A stretch of 63,980 bases of DNA, the filler included, from Phoronis australis (lineage: Eukaryota; Animalia; Phoronida), in the NCBI GenBank assembly GCA_002633005.1. It is 5 parts of 5 records of this genome, joined end to end, with 100 filler letters (N's around TTAATTAATTAA, not from the genome) between each part and the next. Parts side by side here need not be neighbours in the genome. Positions count along the whole stretch, not along the records: positions 47,970 to 60,055 come from NMRA01001657.1; positions 60,156 to 63,980 come from NMRA01000076.1; 3 more parts are not named here. The stretch is one strand, 5' to 3'. Both the position numbers and the translations under genes were made by a program. The notes under the pieces are model-generated. The model was given only the letters and a program-made list of their open reading frames with translations, had not been told where the DNA came from and made no database searches. Every line of letters begins with the position of its first letter. The first letter of the stretch is position 1. Positions 50,900 through 63,980 of the stretch are shown here, one piece after another.

Positions 50900-52974
50900 T
50901 TAAGTAGGGTCATTTTCATCTGCAACTCGGGAGCCACTACACCCGGGCTACTAGTTAACAGTATCCATGTAACTGCGCCAAGTTTTCGAAAGCGCATCAC
51001 TGTAACACTAGTAGGATACTTCTGCCCGTTTAGGCGTATACATTAACTCATCTCAGCTTACCAGTAGTGTCTCACTTATTGTAACACAAGATTTTAATTT
51101 ACGATTTCAAACTCTTGCAAATTTTCATTTTGTTGACCTATATTCAACGCGAAAGTGCCTAACCTACCTCCTAAAATTTCGTCACCGAAGCACACTGGGA
51201 TTCCACTACCCCCAACTCAGTTGGAGTGCTCATTGACCCAGAGTTCATGGTAATGGGCCAGCCTGTGGTTTCACTCTCATGTCATTACATAATAACTTGT
51301 TGCAAAGTGCTGATGACCTCGTGCCACCAATGGAACTGTCTAGACTAAACTTTCACGACGCCTGAACCGCATTTACTGACTAGATGTGCCCATCTTTTCC
51401 TGACATCGCCCGCACAAATGTTATTTGTCCTTTTGCTTAGCTCTAGTCATTCGTTGAACATATTGATACAGTGCTAGGCCTTTTTACTGGCAAACATCTT
51501 TGTAGACCAGGTTACTTCATGATTTGTGTACTTGGCGTTGTCTATTTTATATGACTTTTTGCGGTATCATTATTTCTGAGACCCTGTTGCCGCCTTCTCG
51601 TATGGTTGTGTAGGATTTTTCTAGATATTTTATTTTTCTTAGCCATATACATGTAGTAGACATGCAAGTTTTCGTATGTAGGTCTTCCTGTGGCACATAG
51701 CTTGATCCACAGTAGTTGTGTAACTACCTAGCAGCCCTACTATGTAGCAAAATACGTTTTACTTTCAATAAAATACTTCAAAACTGCCAACTGTCTTTTT
51801 ATTGTGATTGAAACTCGCATTCCACACCACTTTGATTTTTACCCGCTACATTTATATCCAAGTTTGCCTGCCCGTTAATAGTTTATCTGTCCATGCTATA
51901 CTTCGTTTCGATATTAACCTTCCCCTGCAGGTTACATGTTGATGTTTTACTTTCTGGTTCTGGGGATGAAACATTCGAAAACTTGCTAAATGGTATCTCC
52001 AAAGCAGCCCATGGGACTCACCCGAAATGGAAACCATGCTACCGCCGTTGTTCGTTAGTCTAAATGGGCTTGTTTTTGAATATCATGTCATAGAAATTTA
52101 ACGTCGGTTTTCATCTTAAAAGCACCGTCAAATAAAAAGCACTTTTTGAATACTGATTTTAGGTCTGTTCATGAATCTTTATATGAAATCACATCTACCA
52201 TTCTGATGGCGCTTCACCATTCCGCACCATCACTTCTTTCCTAACTTTAACAAAACATAAACAAAAACAATTAATAAATACAAACAATAACATCCAAAAA
52301 AAATAACAATATTTCTGTTTTCAGAAAACATGTCCATTTTCTGAGTACAAATTTGCAGTGAGTTTCCCTAACAGCACATGCTTCTGTCAGAGGTTACTAC
52401 CCAGCCATTCTTACACCGCCCACCTTTTCTGGTTCCCAAGTTAATCGTGTCACTTCAATACCAACAGTTGCGCATAATCTCTTGACCTCAGCACATAGGA
52501 ACCTGAACGTCAGTTACAGTGTATCTTCAGCTGAGCTACCCTAGCTCTTACACGGTGCATTAGATTCGNNNNNNNNNNNNNNNNNNNNNNNNNNNNNNNN
52601 NNNNNNNNNNNNNNNNNNNNNNNNNNNNNNNNNNNNNNNNNNNNNNNNNNNNNNNNNNNNNNNNNNNNNNNNNNNNNNNNNNNNNNNNNNNNNNNNNNNN
52701 NNNNNNNNNNNNNNNNNNNNNNNNNNNNNNNNNNNNNNNNNNNNNNNNNNNNNNNNNNNNNNNNNNNNNNNNNNNNNNNNNNNNNNNNNNNNNNNNNNNN
52801 NNNNNNNNNNNNNNNNNNNNNNNNNNNNNNNNNNNNNNNTCATCCATGAACAACCCTGCCCATGTGGCACATACTGAGCCACAACACCACGTTCCTTACA
52901 ATATCTTTTTTATCACTCCGGCTGGTCTGCTCACTCAGCTTGTCCGGAACCCTGCTTTGCAGGTTGTTATAGCC

Positions 52975-53150
52975 CTGTTGGCTGTTTGGTGTACCCACTT
53001 GGTACTTTATATGATATTTGCCCATTTGGCAGTTTGTACCCACTTGGTACTTGTTATTGAATTTGCCGTTTTGCTCGACCCAGTTGGTAGGCAATCGGCC
53101 AATACCCATCAATACCCATTTGGTATCATGTACCCATTTGGTACTACGCT
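52975..53150. repeat. Cluster of small GTACCCA(C/T)TTGGTAC near-palindromes, MITE-like
   Basis: gtacccacttggtac at ~52991 and ~53036; gtacccatttggtac at ~53130. Confidence 0.5.
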
Positions 53151-56100
53151 AACCTGTGCCACTTAGCATCCGATACTCAGTTGTACTTTGGGTATCGGAA
53201 ATGTGTGTGTGTGTGTTATCTCTTGTAATTAAGGAACCCATCTGGTTCCTTCTGTGAAATAGTTATTTGTAGAGCTGTGAGCCTGAAATTCCCAATACAA
53301 CTTAAAATATACATTATTCTTGTTGTTTTATTTGTCCCCAATAAGAGTAAAAATTTTGAGAAATTGCGAGTAATAAACAATAACGTAAATTCATAAACAT
53401 GCTGGTTGAGATCCAATACAATCATGATGTTGATTGTGATGCCAAAAAATGAACGACCCACTAACACAAAAAAGTCAAATGTTTATTTCATTTATGCAAA
53501 CATTAAAATCTAACAAGTCAAATTTACACACTTTTTTGGAAGAATAAATTTACTGGTCAAAAGAAACAAACTACTGCAATTTTGTTAAAAAACTTTAACA
53601 TTAACACAACTGTTGGCTGAACCCGGTGCAATATGGCTCTTCAGGACAAGCACACTCAAATAACAAACCATTATTCAACATAAAGTTTATACCACTAAGT
53701 AATTTGTCATTTAATGGTGACAATGCATAACACTGAAATAATGAATTTACCTGGACTGTGTAGACAATGCCTTTGCTTTTTGCTCACCGGACAGCTTACA
53801 ACATGGGGGCAGACATCAAATAGTTTGCTCATTTGTCAAGAGAGGTTATTCACAGCGTAGAATTAGTGCAACAATGGGCCTTGGAGAGTACACAATCAAT
53901 AATATGAGTGAAAAAATGATTGTGGAATTAATAATACATTATCAAAGTTGTGTTGCAATATTGCAACAAGGGGTCTTCTGGGGCTTTAATTAACATGTAC
54001 GTATATAATTTCACATTTTTATTGATTGTTTTTTGTTGTAAAGTCGTTTACAATGCACTCAATATAAAATTGAAATACTTTTTAGTTAACAGTTTGTTTT
54101 TTCAAACTTTAGTACTGATGAAATTACAGTTTTGTCGGCACCTCGCACTCAGGGCAAAAATGTTAAGTATACCATTAACTGAAGAGCAGACGAGACGATT
54201 ACACTTTGCCCACAACGACATCTGTAATGTTGCCTGGTCTTTGATTTTCTGTTTTTGGCTTTCAAACTACTCGAATTTTGTCTCTTAATTGGAAAAAGCA
54301 GTTAAAAGCAAGCCGAGCTTACGTCCCAACTCATTGGTTCAGATCTAGTCGACCATGCGTAGATTAGGTCGAAGGGGTTGTGGGTAGTGTGCCGATTAGG
54401 TCGTGGGGTGTGGGGGTCGAGGCTGTCGAGGGGTTTTTAGAACAATGTGTATTGTTCAAGTTCGAAGGGCAGTAGCGGTCTTATCTAGGGGTCTATGGTA
54501 GATATTTTAACCCAAAGATGCCTCGACCCCTTGGGGCACGGCCACAAACCTGGCGAATCTTAGACTTCGCAAAGTAGTAGTGCTGTAGAGGGTCAAGCAC
54601 AACCTATTTTTTAGCATCTGGAAGCAAACTACATGATGTAGTTCTGAGTAGAACAAGAAGCCGCCTGCTATCAGTGGGGAGCGTAAAGGTTTCCTGTGCC
54701 ATAATACTGCGCACATTTCTTGGCAGAGGAAGTTAGAAGTGGAGGATTTTCTACTTCGACGAATAAACAAAAACAATTCCACTTCACTGATTAAATTACA
54801 ACAATCATTCACAGATTTACATAAACCCTCCGAGAAATGAGCTGATGCATGTTCTGGATGCAAAAATGTGACGATACGCATTTTTAGTTATCAGAATGAA
54901 GGCGATCGACAACTTCAGTAACTTCAGTACATGTAGGCATGAGGCAGGTGTGTTTGGACCCCAAGAGATAAGAAGATCGTCAAAAATGAATTGAAGTACA
55001 ACAGCTTGGATTGATGCTCTGGATAAAACTTTATTTCGCAGCCGCTGTAAGGAATTAATGGCTCTACTTTTTAGACGTATACCAGTCCACTGTAACAGCC
55101 AACGGCCTGTTTCATGGAAAGTGAAGAAAGACTTGAGATCTAAATACGTCAACGTTAAAACGGAGGACGAAAATTCAGAAAACACAGTCTGATGCACAGA
55201 AAGTGAGTATTTGATTTTTGGTTTAAACTTCAACCGGCTTCAATCTTAGCAGGCTAACTCTTAGTCTTAGCTTAGATCGATTTCGGTCTTATTTTGGTCT
55301 GAAAAAATATGGAAAGTGGCTATAACATTGACTTTATGTTCGCCAGTCTTCTGTCTAGATTAAAACAGAAAAAGTCTGTTGAAGCGGTGGGACCCATCAA
55401 TGTTTGTGTTGTCGTACACTAATTTGTGGAATATGTACGCACGTATTCTTAAAAGAAGCTGCGATGCAAAGGTGTTTCTATAACTTATTCAAAGCCTGCG
55501 TGTTTTAGATGGCATTGGGGAAGCACTGACTTTTGAACTTATACCACTTAACATGGATGTGCGCCTAATGGAGTCGAATTGTAATCAACATGTATAGCAG
55601 CTAGTCAACTAAACGCTTTTCTGTCCCAGCATGGCTGTCATTCTCAACTGTACGGCAAAAACGTGAAAGACTCCGTGATTGCTGTGTACATCGTAAGATC
55701 AACATAGACAAAGGCCGTATAGCGCCCACATGAATTTCAGGTCTGAACACTGTAGACCTAGGAAAGTCTCGAAAAGGCACGATTACACAACATTTTGCAA
55801 GATATCACCATGCGAAGCACCGTGATAGTGTTAGTACATGTATTTGCGACTGAGTTAGGTCTAGGGGACGCAGCCCTTATGTCATGAAATTGACATTTTC
55901 AGCGCATGCACTTGGTCACATGGGCGTGCTGCCAAAAATCTTATGTTTTCGCCGAGAAAAATTGCAGTCGATGGTGTCGCCAGATGTGCCGAAATGGTGA
56001 AATTCCACAGGTCGTGTGGTTCCGACACGGTGTGGTAAAAACATTTTGTCTGAGTTTGTCATGCAGAGGCTGTCGATGTCTCATAAACGTAACAGTCTAA

Positions 56101-59100
56101 AGTTGACTTAGATGCCCTCCCATATCGATTGAAGATCACGGCGAGACTCGTACCGCCTTGAGGAAGCGATGTTCAAAAGCGCACCATAACGCTAAATCGT
56201 CGTGAGAGACCGTCCGGATTTTGTATATGATGCAACTCCGGACGGTCTGGGCTCAGCAGAAAACCACAGTTCAACTGTGAGTCTACACCAATGTGATAAA
56301 CGAGAGTAGTTGTACCTGTCACGTTAGCTGCAAGTATCATTATCTCTTTTATGACACAAACTGTGACTGGGCAAAGCCTTTTCAAACAAGTGTGTATAAA
56401 CCAGTGGAGCGTGAGCCCCCTGAGGTCCCTGTCAATCAAAACGACAATTCCACGTTATGGCATTTTCACATTGAACGTTTAGAGGTACAGGCTGTAGTAT
56501 GACCAACAGGAAAAACTCCAAATTACCACAGTTAGTTGTTTATTACCAGTATCTCATTGTTACAGTCGCGTTTCACAGACAAATGAATTTCAGATACAAC
56601 ACATTGTAGATTTAAGTTCAATATACATGTACGTCATTGTACTTTTGTATGAACACGAGTCCTGGTAATATTCCTAAAAACGTTTCCAACAGAATTACAC
56701 GTTCACTTAGTTGTTACAGAGCATTTGAGAAGCCAATTTTCTTTAGATTGTGACAAGTTAATGCACTGAATGAACTCGATACAAGATCTGACTGCCAGAG
56801 AGACTATCAAGTGAACTGTCCTCAAATAGCGCAGCACCACAACCATTCTAAGATATTTACACACAATGCAAACAGTTGTTCTTTTTCTCACCAGTTACTT
56901 GTTATGAAATCCGTCGTTGGAATGCAGTCAAACTTTATTGATCCTAGCACTTTGAGTATACAATATGCTAACAATAAGAAGATATCAAAATGACAAATAT
57001 CACTGACGGATGTACAATACATTGTCCTTGCTGTGGTTTTGAAAAGAATGTCACACTATCGTGCAGTGCATTATTCTACGTTACCAAAAAAGGAGAGTTC
57101 ACTACAGATAGCCTCAAGGGGCTGATTTGCTATAAATAGAATATTACGTTTAGTAAAATATGCTTTAGTGACTTCAAGAAACTAAGCTAACTAAGTACAA
57201 CAGGGGCCTGTTCCGTGACAAATCGGGTTTAAAACTAAGGCAAAAAAGTTAGGCTTACGCTCTACACAGATATTTCAGAAAAATAATTAAATTTCACTAG
57301 GGTGAAAGTGCAAAGAATCTTACAATTGCTAGTTGCTAAGACAATTTCTATCAATTGTTTCTATAGTGTGATGCGTTGATAATTACTTGGTAAACTTTTA
57401 TTCCCGCAATTGTGACACCAAGTTACTGTCTTAAGTCCCTTTTCATGACATAAACCTCACACCTCCAAACAAAACAACCAATAGAAGTTATACTTAAGCT
57501 AAACAAGCTGCACATCCTGCCAAAAGAATTACACGTTTATAACCGCTGAGCTTATAGGCATCTATTTTGTTTCAGTTCAGTTTCTGTTTCAGTTTTTCGG
57601 TTAAATCTGACGAAGTGGTAAACCAGTTACGTGACTTGTATTGCCAGGTTATTGGATTCGTAGCTGGGGTAAATGAGCTTACTAAGTTTTGGAATCTTGC
57701 GTGTTAAAATCTTACACAAACCAGATTTCCTCTACTTCGAAAGAAAAACAAAGCAGCCTGATTATTCTGCGAGTACCGTCGTCTGGATCTTTGGTTCTAC
57801 GGTTTTAATGTCATATTCGACATTATGTCTTCGACCTTTGTAGACCTTGGCAATTCCTTAACTACTGACCAGTCACACAAATCCTTCTTCGCCAGTACTT
57901 GAATTTTAAAGTACATGTATGTTACAACCTATCCCTAAATGCACCAGAAGGTTAGCTGATTTAAAATTGAGTCCAAACATAATTTCCGAGGTGGACACTT
58001 TCGATTTGAGTATACAATTCATACGTGCAAACAATGGTCAACCTCAGGTTTGCGGTCATTTGATTCAATTATTGGGCTATTAGGTGCACTTTTCGGGTAA
58101 CATAGGATTGATACTTGTACTTTGAGACCATTTTGTGTTTTAAGCGGGTCATTAAGTGCATTTTCTCATGACACCGCGACTTTTTCATAAAACAAAAAAC
58201 TAGGTCACATCTACTGTAATAACTTGAATGAACAAATCTTAAACCGACGTGGAAATACATGTACAGCTTGCAACCACTTTAAAGGCTGGTCTGCCAGCTA
58301 CCCGCTGGCGACATCGCGTGACCTAATGAATAGAAGCCTAAACAGATTTCTGCCTCGACCGGGACATTTTGATAATCATGCAGACGATGCAGACACTGTA
58401 GTCCACCAAGTCAGACCTGTGTTCTTTAGGTCACGTGATGTGGCCCACAGGTGGCGTGCAAACCAAACTTGCAATGTCTGCGATTAATTGTAATAACTCC
58501 AAATGCCACAAGGTATAGAATTTCGTCATCACAAATATTGTCATATCTGTTATGTACGCTAGCACCATCATCATCACGATCGCATGCAGAGTTGTTACTA
58601 CCATTTAACTGTATTACTTATGCGTCACTGGCATGCAAACCAAAGAACCACAATTTACATGACTAAGTGATGTCCGTCTTTGGTTTGAAGTACTTGATTG
58701 TGATTCCTGTGCAGTTATTCTGAGCAACTGTCATGAGAGTAATGGATGACGATTATTTGAGAAAGCTCAACACTTTTACAAGAGAGGGCAACGTTTTGTG
58801 GATGAAGCAGTCGCCTGGCCTCTTGCCGCCCGTTTTTTTGCAGGTAACTTATTTCATTATGTTGGGTCTCATGGGACTTGATTGCATCTCTTACAATCCA
58901 CCCTTTCGCAGGAATCGAGGAAGTCGGTGGGCCTACGGAACTGACGATTTCCAATCCAATCAGCTATTTCTCCGAGGCTAATCTATTATTCAAAAACTTA
59001 CGCCAATTGTATCTGAACTAGGACACCAGGACTGTATCTACCCGACAGAAAGTAAAATGTGAGAATGACACTTTCGTTTTCACTCAAGCAAAGCGCATAC

Positions 59101-59339
59101 GTGGCTTTTGTAGTCGCTTTTGTAAGGGCGGCAATTAGACGATAAAGAAAAAGTACAACGCGGTACTATAGCAGAAGAATAGAACGACGAACAACTCTAT
59201 AACACAACAAACAAAAACGATTCCACAACGCAGCAACAACATCGTCAGCAACAACACATCAACATTGATATCAACAAAAGCTGTCAAAAGCCCTCTTCAA
59301 AGGAGAACAAACTCTGTTTTGACCTATTTAAATATGTTA

Positions 59340-60055
59340 ACAAGAGCAATGCGGATCGTTGAAATGCGCCCACGAATGCACCGCTAACGGTGTGCTTCTA
59401 GGCGTGTTTATTTGGAACATAAAAACGGCAACTAGATGGCGCAAAATATGTCGAATCCATCCGAGAACTTGTATGTGTCATCAAAGCTATTTACCAAATT
59501 TCATAATAAAAATCCATCAAGGAAGTTCTGAGAAAACAGAGGAAAATGCAAAAAAAATGAAATTGTCACTAATAAGCTATAAGCGCAAAACCATAGGTGC
59601 CACTAAGAAGCGCAAAAGTAGATAAAGTCGTCAGAAAATCATCATCAGACTTCCTCTTCCCGTTAGGAGCATAAATGCCAATTTCCACAATCATCGTTAG
59701 AGTTGTTTGGCTGACAGAGAGGCAGACGCCAAATAACAAGACTCAAAAACAGTAGAAATGGCCACAAAATGGCGCAAAATGCCTCGAATTTTAACGAAAA
59801 CCGGACGATAGCGTCACCTCACTAATAGATGCCCAAATGCCAAATTTATGAAAATCCATCGACGACCCTTTAAGATACAGAGGTAAACGTAAAAAAATTA
59901 AAATTGGCACTAGGGGGCACACCGGTAGCCCGATCCGTCCGAAAGTGATCACGCTCTGTTGTATACTTCATATATACATACCCGCTGAATTCAATAAAGA
60001 TCCCGCAGAGCATTTAGGAGATACAGCCACGGGCGCAAAAACAACCAAAACTGCC
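59340..60055 (+). mobile_element. Helentron-like repeat copy, cut by the linker
   Basis: ACAAGAGCAATGCGGATCGTTGAAATGCGCCCAC start; same subunits as the other copies. Confidence 0.75.
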
Positions 60056-60155
60056 NNNNNNNNNNNNNNNNNNNNNNNNNNNNNNNNNNNNNNNNNNNNT
60101 TAATTAATTAANNNNNNNNNNNNNNNNNNNNNNNNNNNNNNNNNNNNNNNNNNNN
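60056..60155. other. Artificial contig linker
   Basis: N44-TTAATTAATTAA-N44. Confidence 0.97.
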
Positions 60156-60544
60156 GCAAGTTCAAAATGGCGGTGGTTCTTCGGGTGCGAATCGTGAGTG
60201 GCGCGTTCATTTAAACTTTTTTCGAGTACGGATCGTGTATTAGTTATGGGGTAGGTACTTCTTGGATCCTTCTAACTTCCTCTAACCATGTAATAAGGGT
60301 TAACAACGCGTGAGAGAAGGACTTTAATTGTCTCGGCACCTGCTGGATCTCAGCACTAGAATCTAGCGATAGTCCCTGGAAATTTTTTTAAATATTTTTG
60401 CTATTTTTCAGTTATTTTGACCCATAGACATCGTTTTGTTTAGTAGCAGAGGTACATTTTTTTGTCATTTATATACCCGTAAACTTGCGTTCAACTGAAA
60501 TTATTTTCCAAAATTGAGAGATTCGATCGGCACCGAAAACAGGA

Positions 60545-61338
60545 AGGGGCACTGGATAACTGAACTCAAAGCCTTGTTCGAGCTCTTGTCAAGAAAAAAT
60601 ATAAACAGTTGAATTATCTTTTGATGAGAACCTCTAGTATATACTTCGCCTGTAGAGTTACAGAGAGCTCATGTTGAAGTAATTAAAACATGATACTTAT
60701 ATTTATGAAGCTTTAAAAAAGGAATTTGAGTTATTTTTGTAAATAGCCATTTTTCCAATACACCAAATTTGTCATTTTTTGTAACCATGCCACAGTTTAA
60801 TGATCATGCTACGTTTAGAAATAAGTGCAAGCTACCTTTATGCAGTGGAACTACAGAAAAATGCGAAGTTCACCAAAACCTAGCTTTGTCTTAATGGTGT
60901 AATTACGTGCATTAATTTGACTTAGACACATCCCTACCGGAGCTAACTGCTTGCCTTGGACAAGATGAGTGGGAACGTGAGCTTTAAATCTGAGTTTATT
61001 TAATCGAAACATTTCGTTCGAAGATTAGAAAAGCGTAAACAGTGCTATCGACTCGACCTACTTTACTCGGGAGTCCTATGGCTACCGGCAGTTGTTATCT
61101 ACTTTTCATTTGGCGGATTTTAGTAGACGACAAAATAAAATATCGGTGAATGTTCTCTGATAAAAATATTTCAAGGTGATCAGTGCAATGGGCCCACAGC
61201 CTAGGCCTGCGCACGTCTGGTACAACGTGTATCAGACCGCCTGCATTTATTCTATTTTTTCTCTGATTTTGTTCGAAAGATCCTGAAATCTGTGGCATCG
61301 TACACTGAGATAATTCCACTTTAAGGTACATACCCAGC
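60545..61338 (-). repeat. Inverted copy of the 14351-15030 repeat
   Basis: Direct reverse-complement similarity, with indels. Confidence 0.75.
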
Positions 61339-61378
61339 TTCCTCTAACGGGTGATGTGTTGTGACCTAACGTAACAAA

Positions 61379-62680
61379 CAAGAGCAACGCGGAGCGTTGA
61401 AATGCGCCCACGAATGCATCGCAAATGGTGTGCTCTTAGGGTTATTTATTTGTATCATAAAAATGGCCACTAGATGCGCAAAAACGTAAACTCCATCCAA
61501 GAACGGGATCATGCCATATTTCATAAAATCTGTCAAGGAACTTCAGGGAAACAAAGGAAAACAGAACAAAATGAAATTGCCACTTGTGCTCACAGCGTCC
61601 ATTTAGATCCGCCTGACAGTCATCGTCTGTTATCTTCACATAAATTCACTTACTAAATATAATAAAGATCCTGCATTGGGTTTTGGAGATACAGTTATGG
61701 GCGAAAACCAAAACAAAACTACCACTAGGAGGCGCCACAGTAGTCAGTCGCCATCATCAAACGTCCTCTTCACACTGAAAACATATAGGCCAATTTTCAA
61801 AACCATCTCCAGAATGATTTGGTTGATCGAGGGGTGAACGACAAAACAAGATTTGAAAACAACAAAAATGGCCACCAGATGGCGCAAAATAACTCAATTT
61901 CATCCAAAAACATGATGATAGCGTCATCTCCTACCAATAGATGCCTATATTCAAAATTTTATGAAAATCTGTTGAGGACCTTTGAAAATACAGACTGGTA
62001 AACATAAAAACTAAAATTGCTACTAGGGGGTAGATCTGTCCGAAAGTCGTCGTCGTGCCGTTGTCAATACACTTGCTAAATTACGTAAAGATCCTGCAAA
62101 CGGTTTAGGAGATACAGCGATGAGCGCAAAAAAAACTGCCACTAGGAGGTGCCACATAGTCGACCTCGGTCGGAAAATCATTGTCAGTCATCCACTTCAT
62201 ATTAGAAACACACACGCCAATTTTCACAATTATCCTGAAAGCGGTTTGGTTGATAGACGAGTGGACGCCAAGCGAAAACAGTAAAAGTGGCCACTAGGTG
62301 GCGCAAACTAGGTCGAATCCATCTGAAAACGGAGAGACAGCGTCACCTCATTAACAGATGCCTGTATAGTGTATGCCAAATTTTATGAAAACACGTTGAG
62401 GACCTTTGAACATACACAGGTAAACGTAAACATTGAAATTGCCACTAGGTTGCACACCAGTAGTCAGATCCGTCCGAAAGTCGTTGTCGTCAACTGTCAA
62501 CATCATATAAATACACTTACTAAATTTAGTAAAGATCCTTCGAACGGTTTAGAAGATACAGTCATAGGAGCAAAAAAACTGCCATTAGGAGGCGCCACAG
62601 TACTCAAAATCGTCGGAAAATCATCGTCTGCCGTCCACTTCATAGTTACGTGCCAATTTTCACAATCATCCTTTGAGTGG
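61379..62680 (+). mobile_element. Helentron-like repeat copy, about 9 subunits
   Basis: ACAAGAGCAACGCGGAGCGTTGAAATGCGCCCAC start; GCCAC(T/C)AG.NGG(C/T)GC motifs at ~61466, 61721, 61871, 62138, 62290 and 62581. Confidence 0.75.
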
Positions 62681-63980
62681 CCGCCAAGGCGGTCCTGGGC
62701 TCTGAAGAGACTTCGATGGAATAGAGACAGAGTAATCACTTACTTTACAGTTGGTCCTATACTTAGAACAGAGAAGGAAGCCAACGACTGCGGTCAATAC
62801 CGATTCGTCCCGAGCGCCTTTCAGAGCTGTTGCGCGCCATTTCGTCTGCTGTCACCCTCACACTCAGACAGTACTGAACTTGGTCACAGACTAGTCACAG
62901 TGTCGCACCTCCGCTGTTAGAAAACGAAGATGTCCAAATCGTAGACGTGTTCTCCCCTTGACGTGTTTATGTTCTCGCGCAGATTTCCAAGTTAGATGGT
63001 ATCGACAAAGACTGGATCAGTCGAGAGTAAGCCCATGCGGCGGTCACCGCCACCGGCTGTGGCTGTGTCGGACTGAAGAACATTGAAGTTGTCTTTGCTT
63101 TGGCTTATGTTTGTCGCGTCCACAGCCTTGTGACACCACGGCACTGAAGGTAACACTCAGGTCTCAACAAATTTGCCTAGCTGCTAAGATTCGGTTACGT
63201 CAGTTCAGTGATATCCGGCGTGAGTCAGGATTCGCAACGAACAGCACTTGAGATTTACAACTCAATGCCAGACTTGCGTTAAGACTGAGACGGTTGCCAC
63301 TCTTACAGCAACGTTTTTACCTATTGACTCTGCATACTGTAATCCCTGTGTGTTGGTTCGGGCCTTAGGTGCATGGTTAGCTTCCGGTTTCCAGGCTGGA
63401 CAGTGATCCCTAGTAGCTAGCTAGTTACATGAAGACAAGTGTCAACTTAATTTTGTGCTAAGGCTAGCTAGATCCCTGGTGGCTATTGTAGTTTCACTAT
63501 AAGACTAAAATGTACATGACAATAAACGACAAAGGTGAAAAGGTTAATTACCAGAGGTTTTCAAAAGGTTCTTATCGGAAAAGAAAAAAACAAGAACATT
63601 ATGACTTGGGCCTAGTATTGGAGGCTGGAAATAATGACTTTGACTTTAGGGATGAAGCTGATGCCTGTGCTCAAGCAAAGGATCAACGGGACCAAGAAGG
63701 TAATTATAGTGTCTTGCTAGTTATGTAGTCACATCATTCTCATTTAGGTGTCTGTATTGTAATTAATTAAAGCTTTGCCTGCAATTAATTTAAACTTTTT
63801 AATAAAAGGCTCTTCCAGCAACTATGAATGCTTCCTACTTTGGCCTATAATAGCCACTTACCCCAGCACCTGAACTTATACCACAGACTTCTTTTGTTTG
63901 GGCATTACCATGCTATGAACATTCCCACTAAATAAAATTGGTTCTAACCCCGGTGTTTAAGGTAAACGGCGGGGTATGGA

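Noticed and set aside
55380-56500. Possible decayed coding region
   Set aside because: Stops in all plus frames and no motif I could recognise; needs BLASTX.
62369-62920. 183-aa ORF and similar ORFs at 1950, 34105 and 59359
   Set aside because: They are translations of the Helentron-like satellite subunits with no domain signal.
62690-63728. Possible retroelement ORF1 remnant and a 72-aa ORF
   Set aside because: No diagnostic motifs or termini recognisable by eye.

Overview
This is AT-rich, repeat-dense eukaryotic DNA, most likely from a bilaterian invertebrate. It is stitched from at least five contigs by artificial N44-TTAATTAATTAA-N44 linkers, so adjacency across those linkers cannot be trusted. 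Contig 1 (1-13122) holds the host genes: the last two exons of NUP50 (+), a 732-aa TRIM gene with a single coding exon (RING-BB1-BB2-coiled coil-NHL-like, -), a decayed duplicate of the NUP50 terminal exon and 3'UTR, and the last exon of an ADAR-family deaminase (-) converging on NUP50. The rest is mostly nested transposon remnants: L1/Tx1 and RTE LINEs, a Gypsy 3' end with a 113-bp LTR, P-like, ISL2EU, PIF/Harbinger, hAT, Sola3 and Kolobok (THAP plus KolX/P2X7-ballast-like) elements, and a spliced CxC4/HMGXB3-like (KDZ/Zisupton-related) gene. The most striking non-coding signal is a Helentron-like repeat family (4 copies) whose roughly 150-bp subunits repeatedly carry a same-orientation motif matching the CTCF core (e.g. 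TGGCCACCAGATGGCGC). All family assignments come from motif recognition by eye; no database searches were run.
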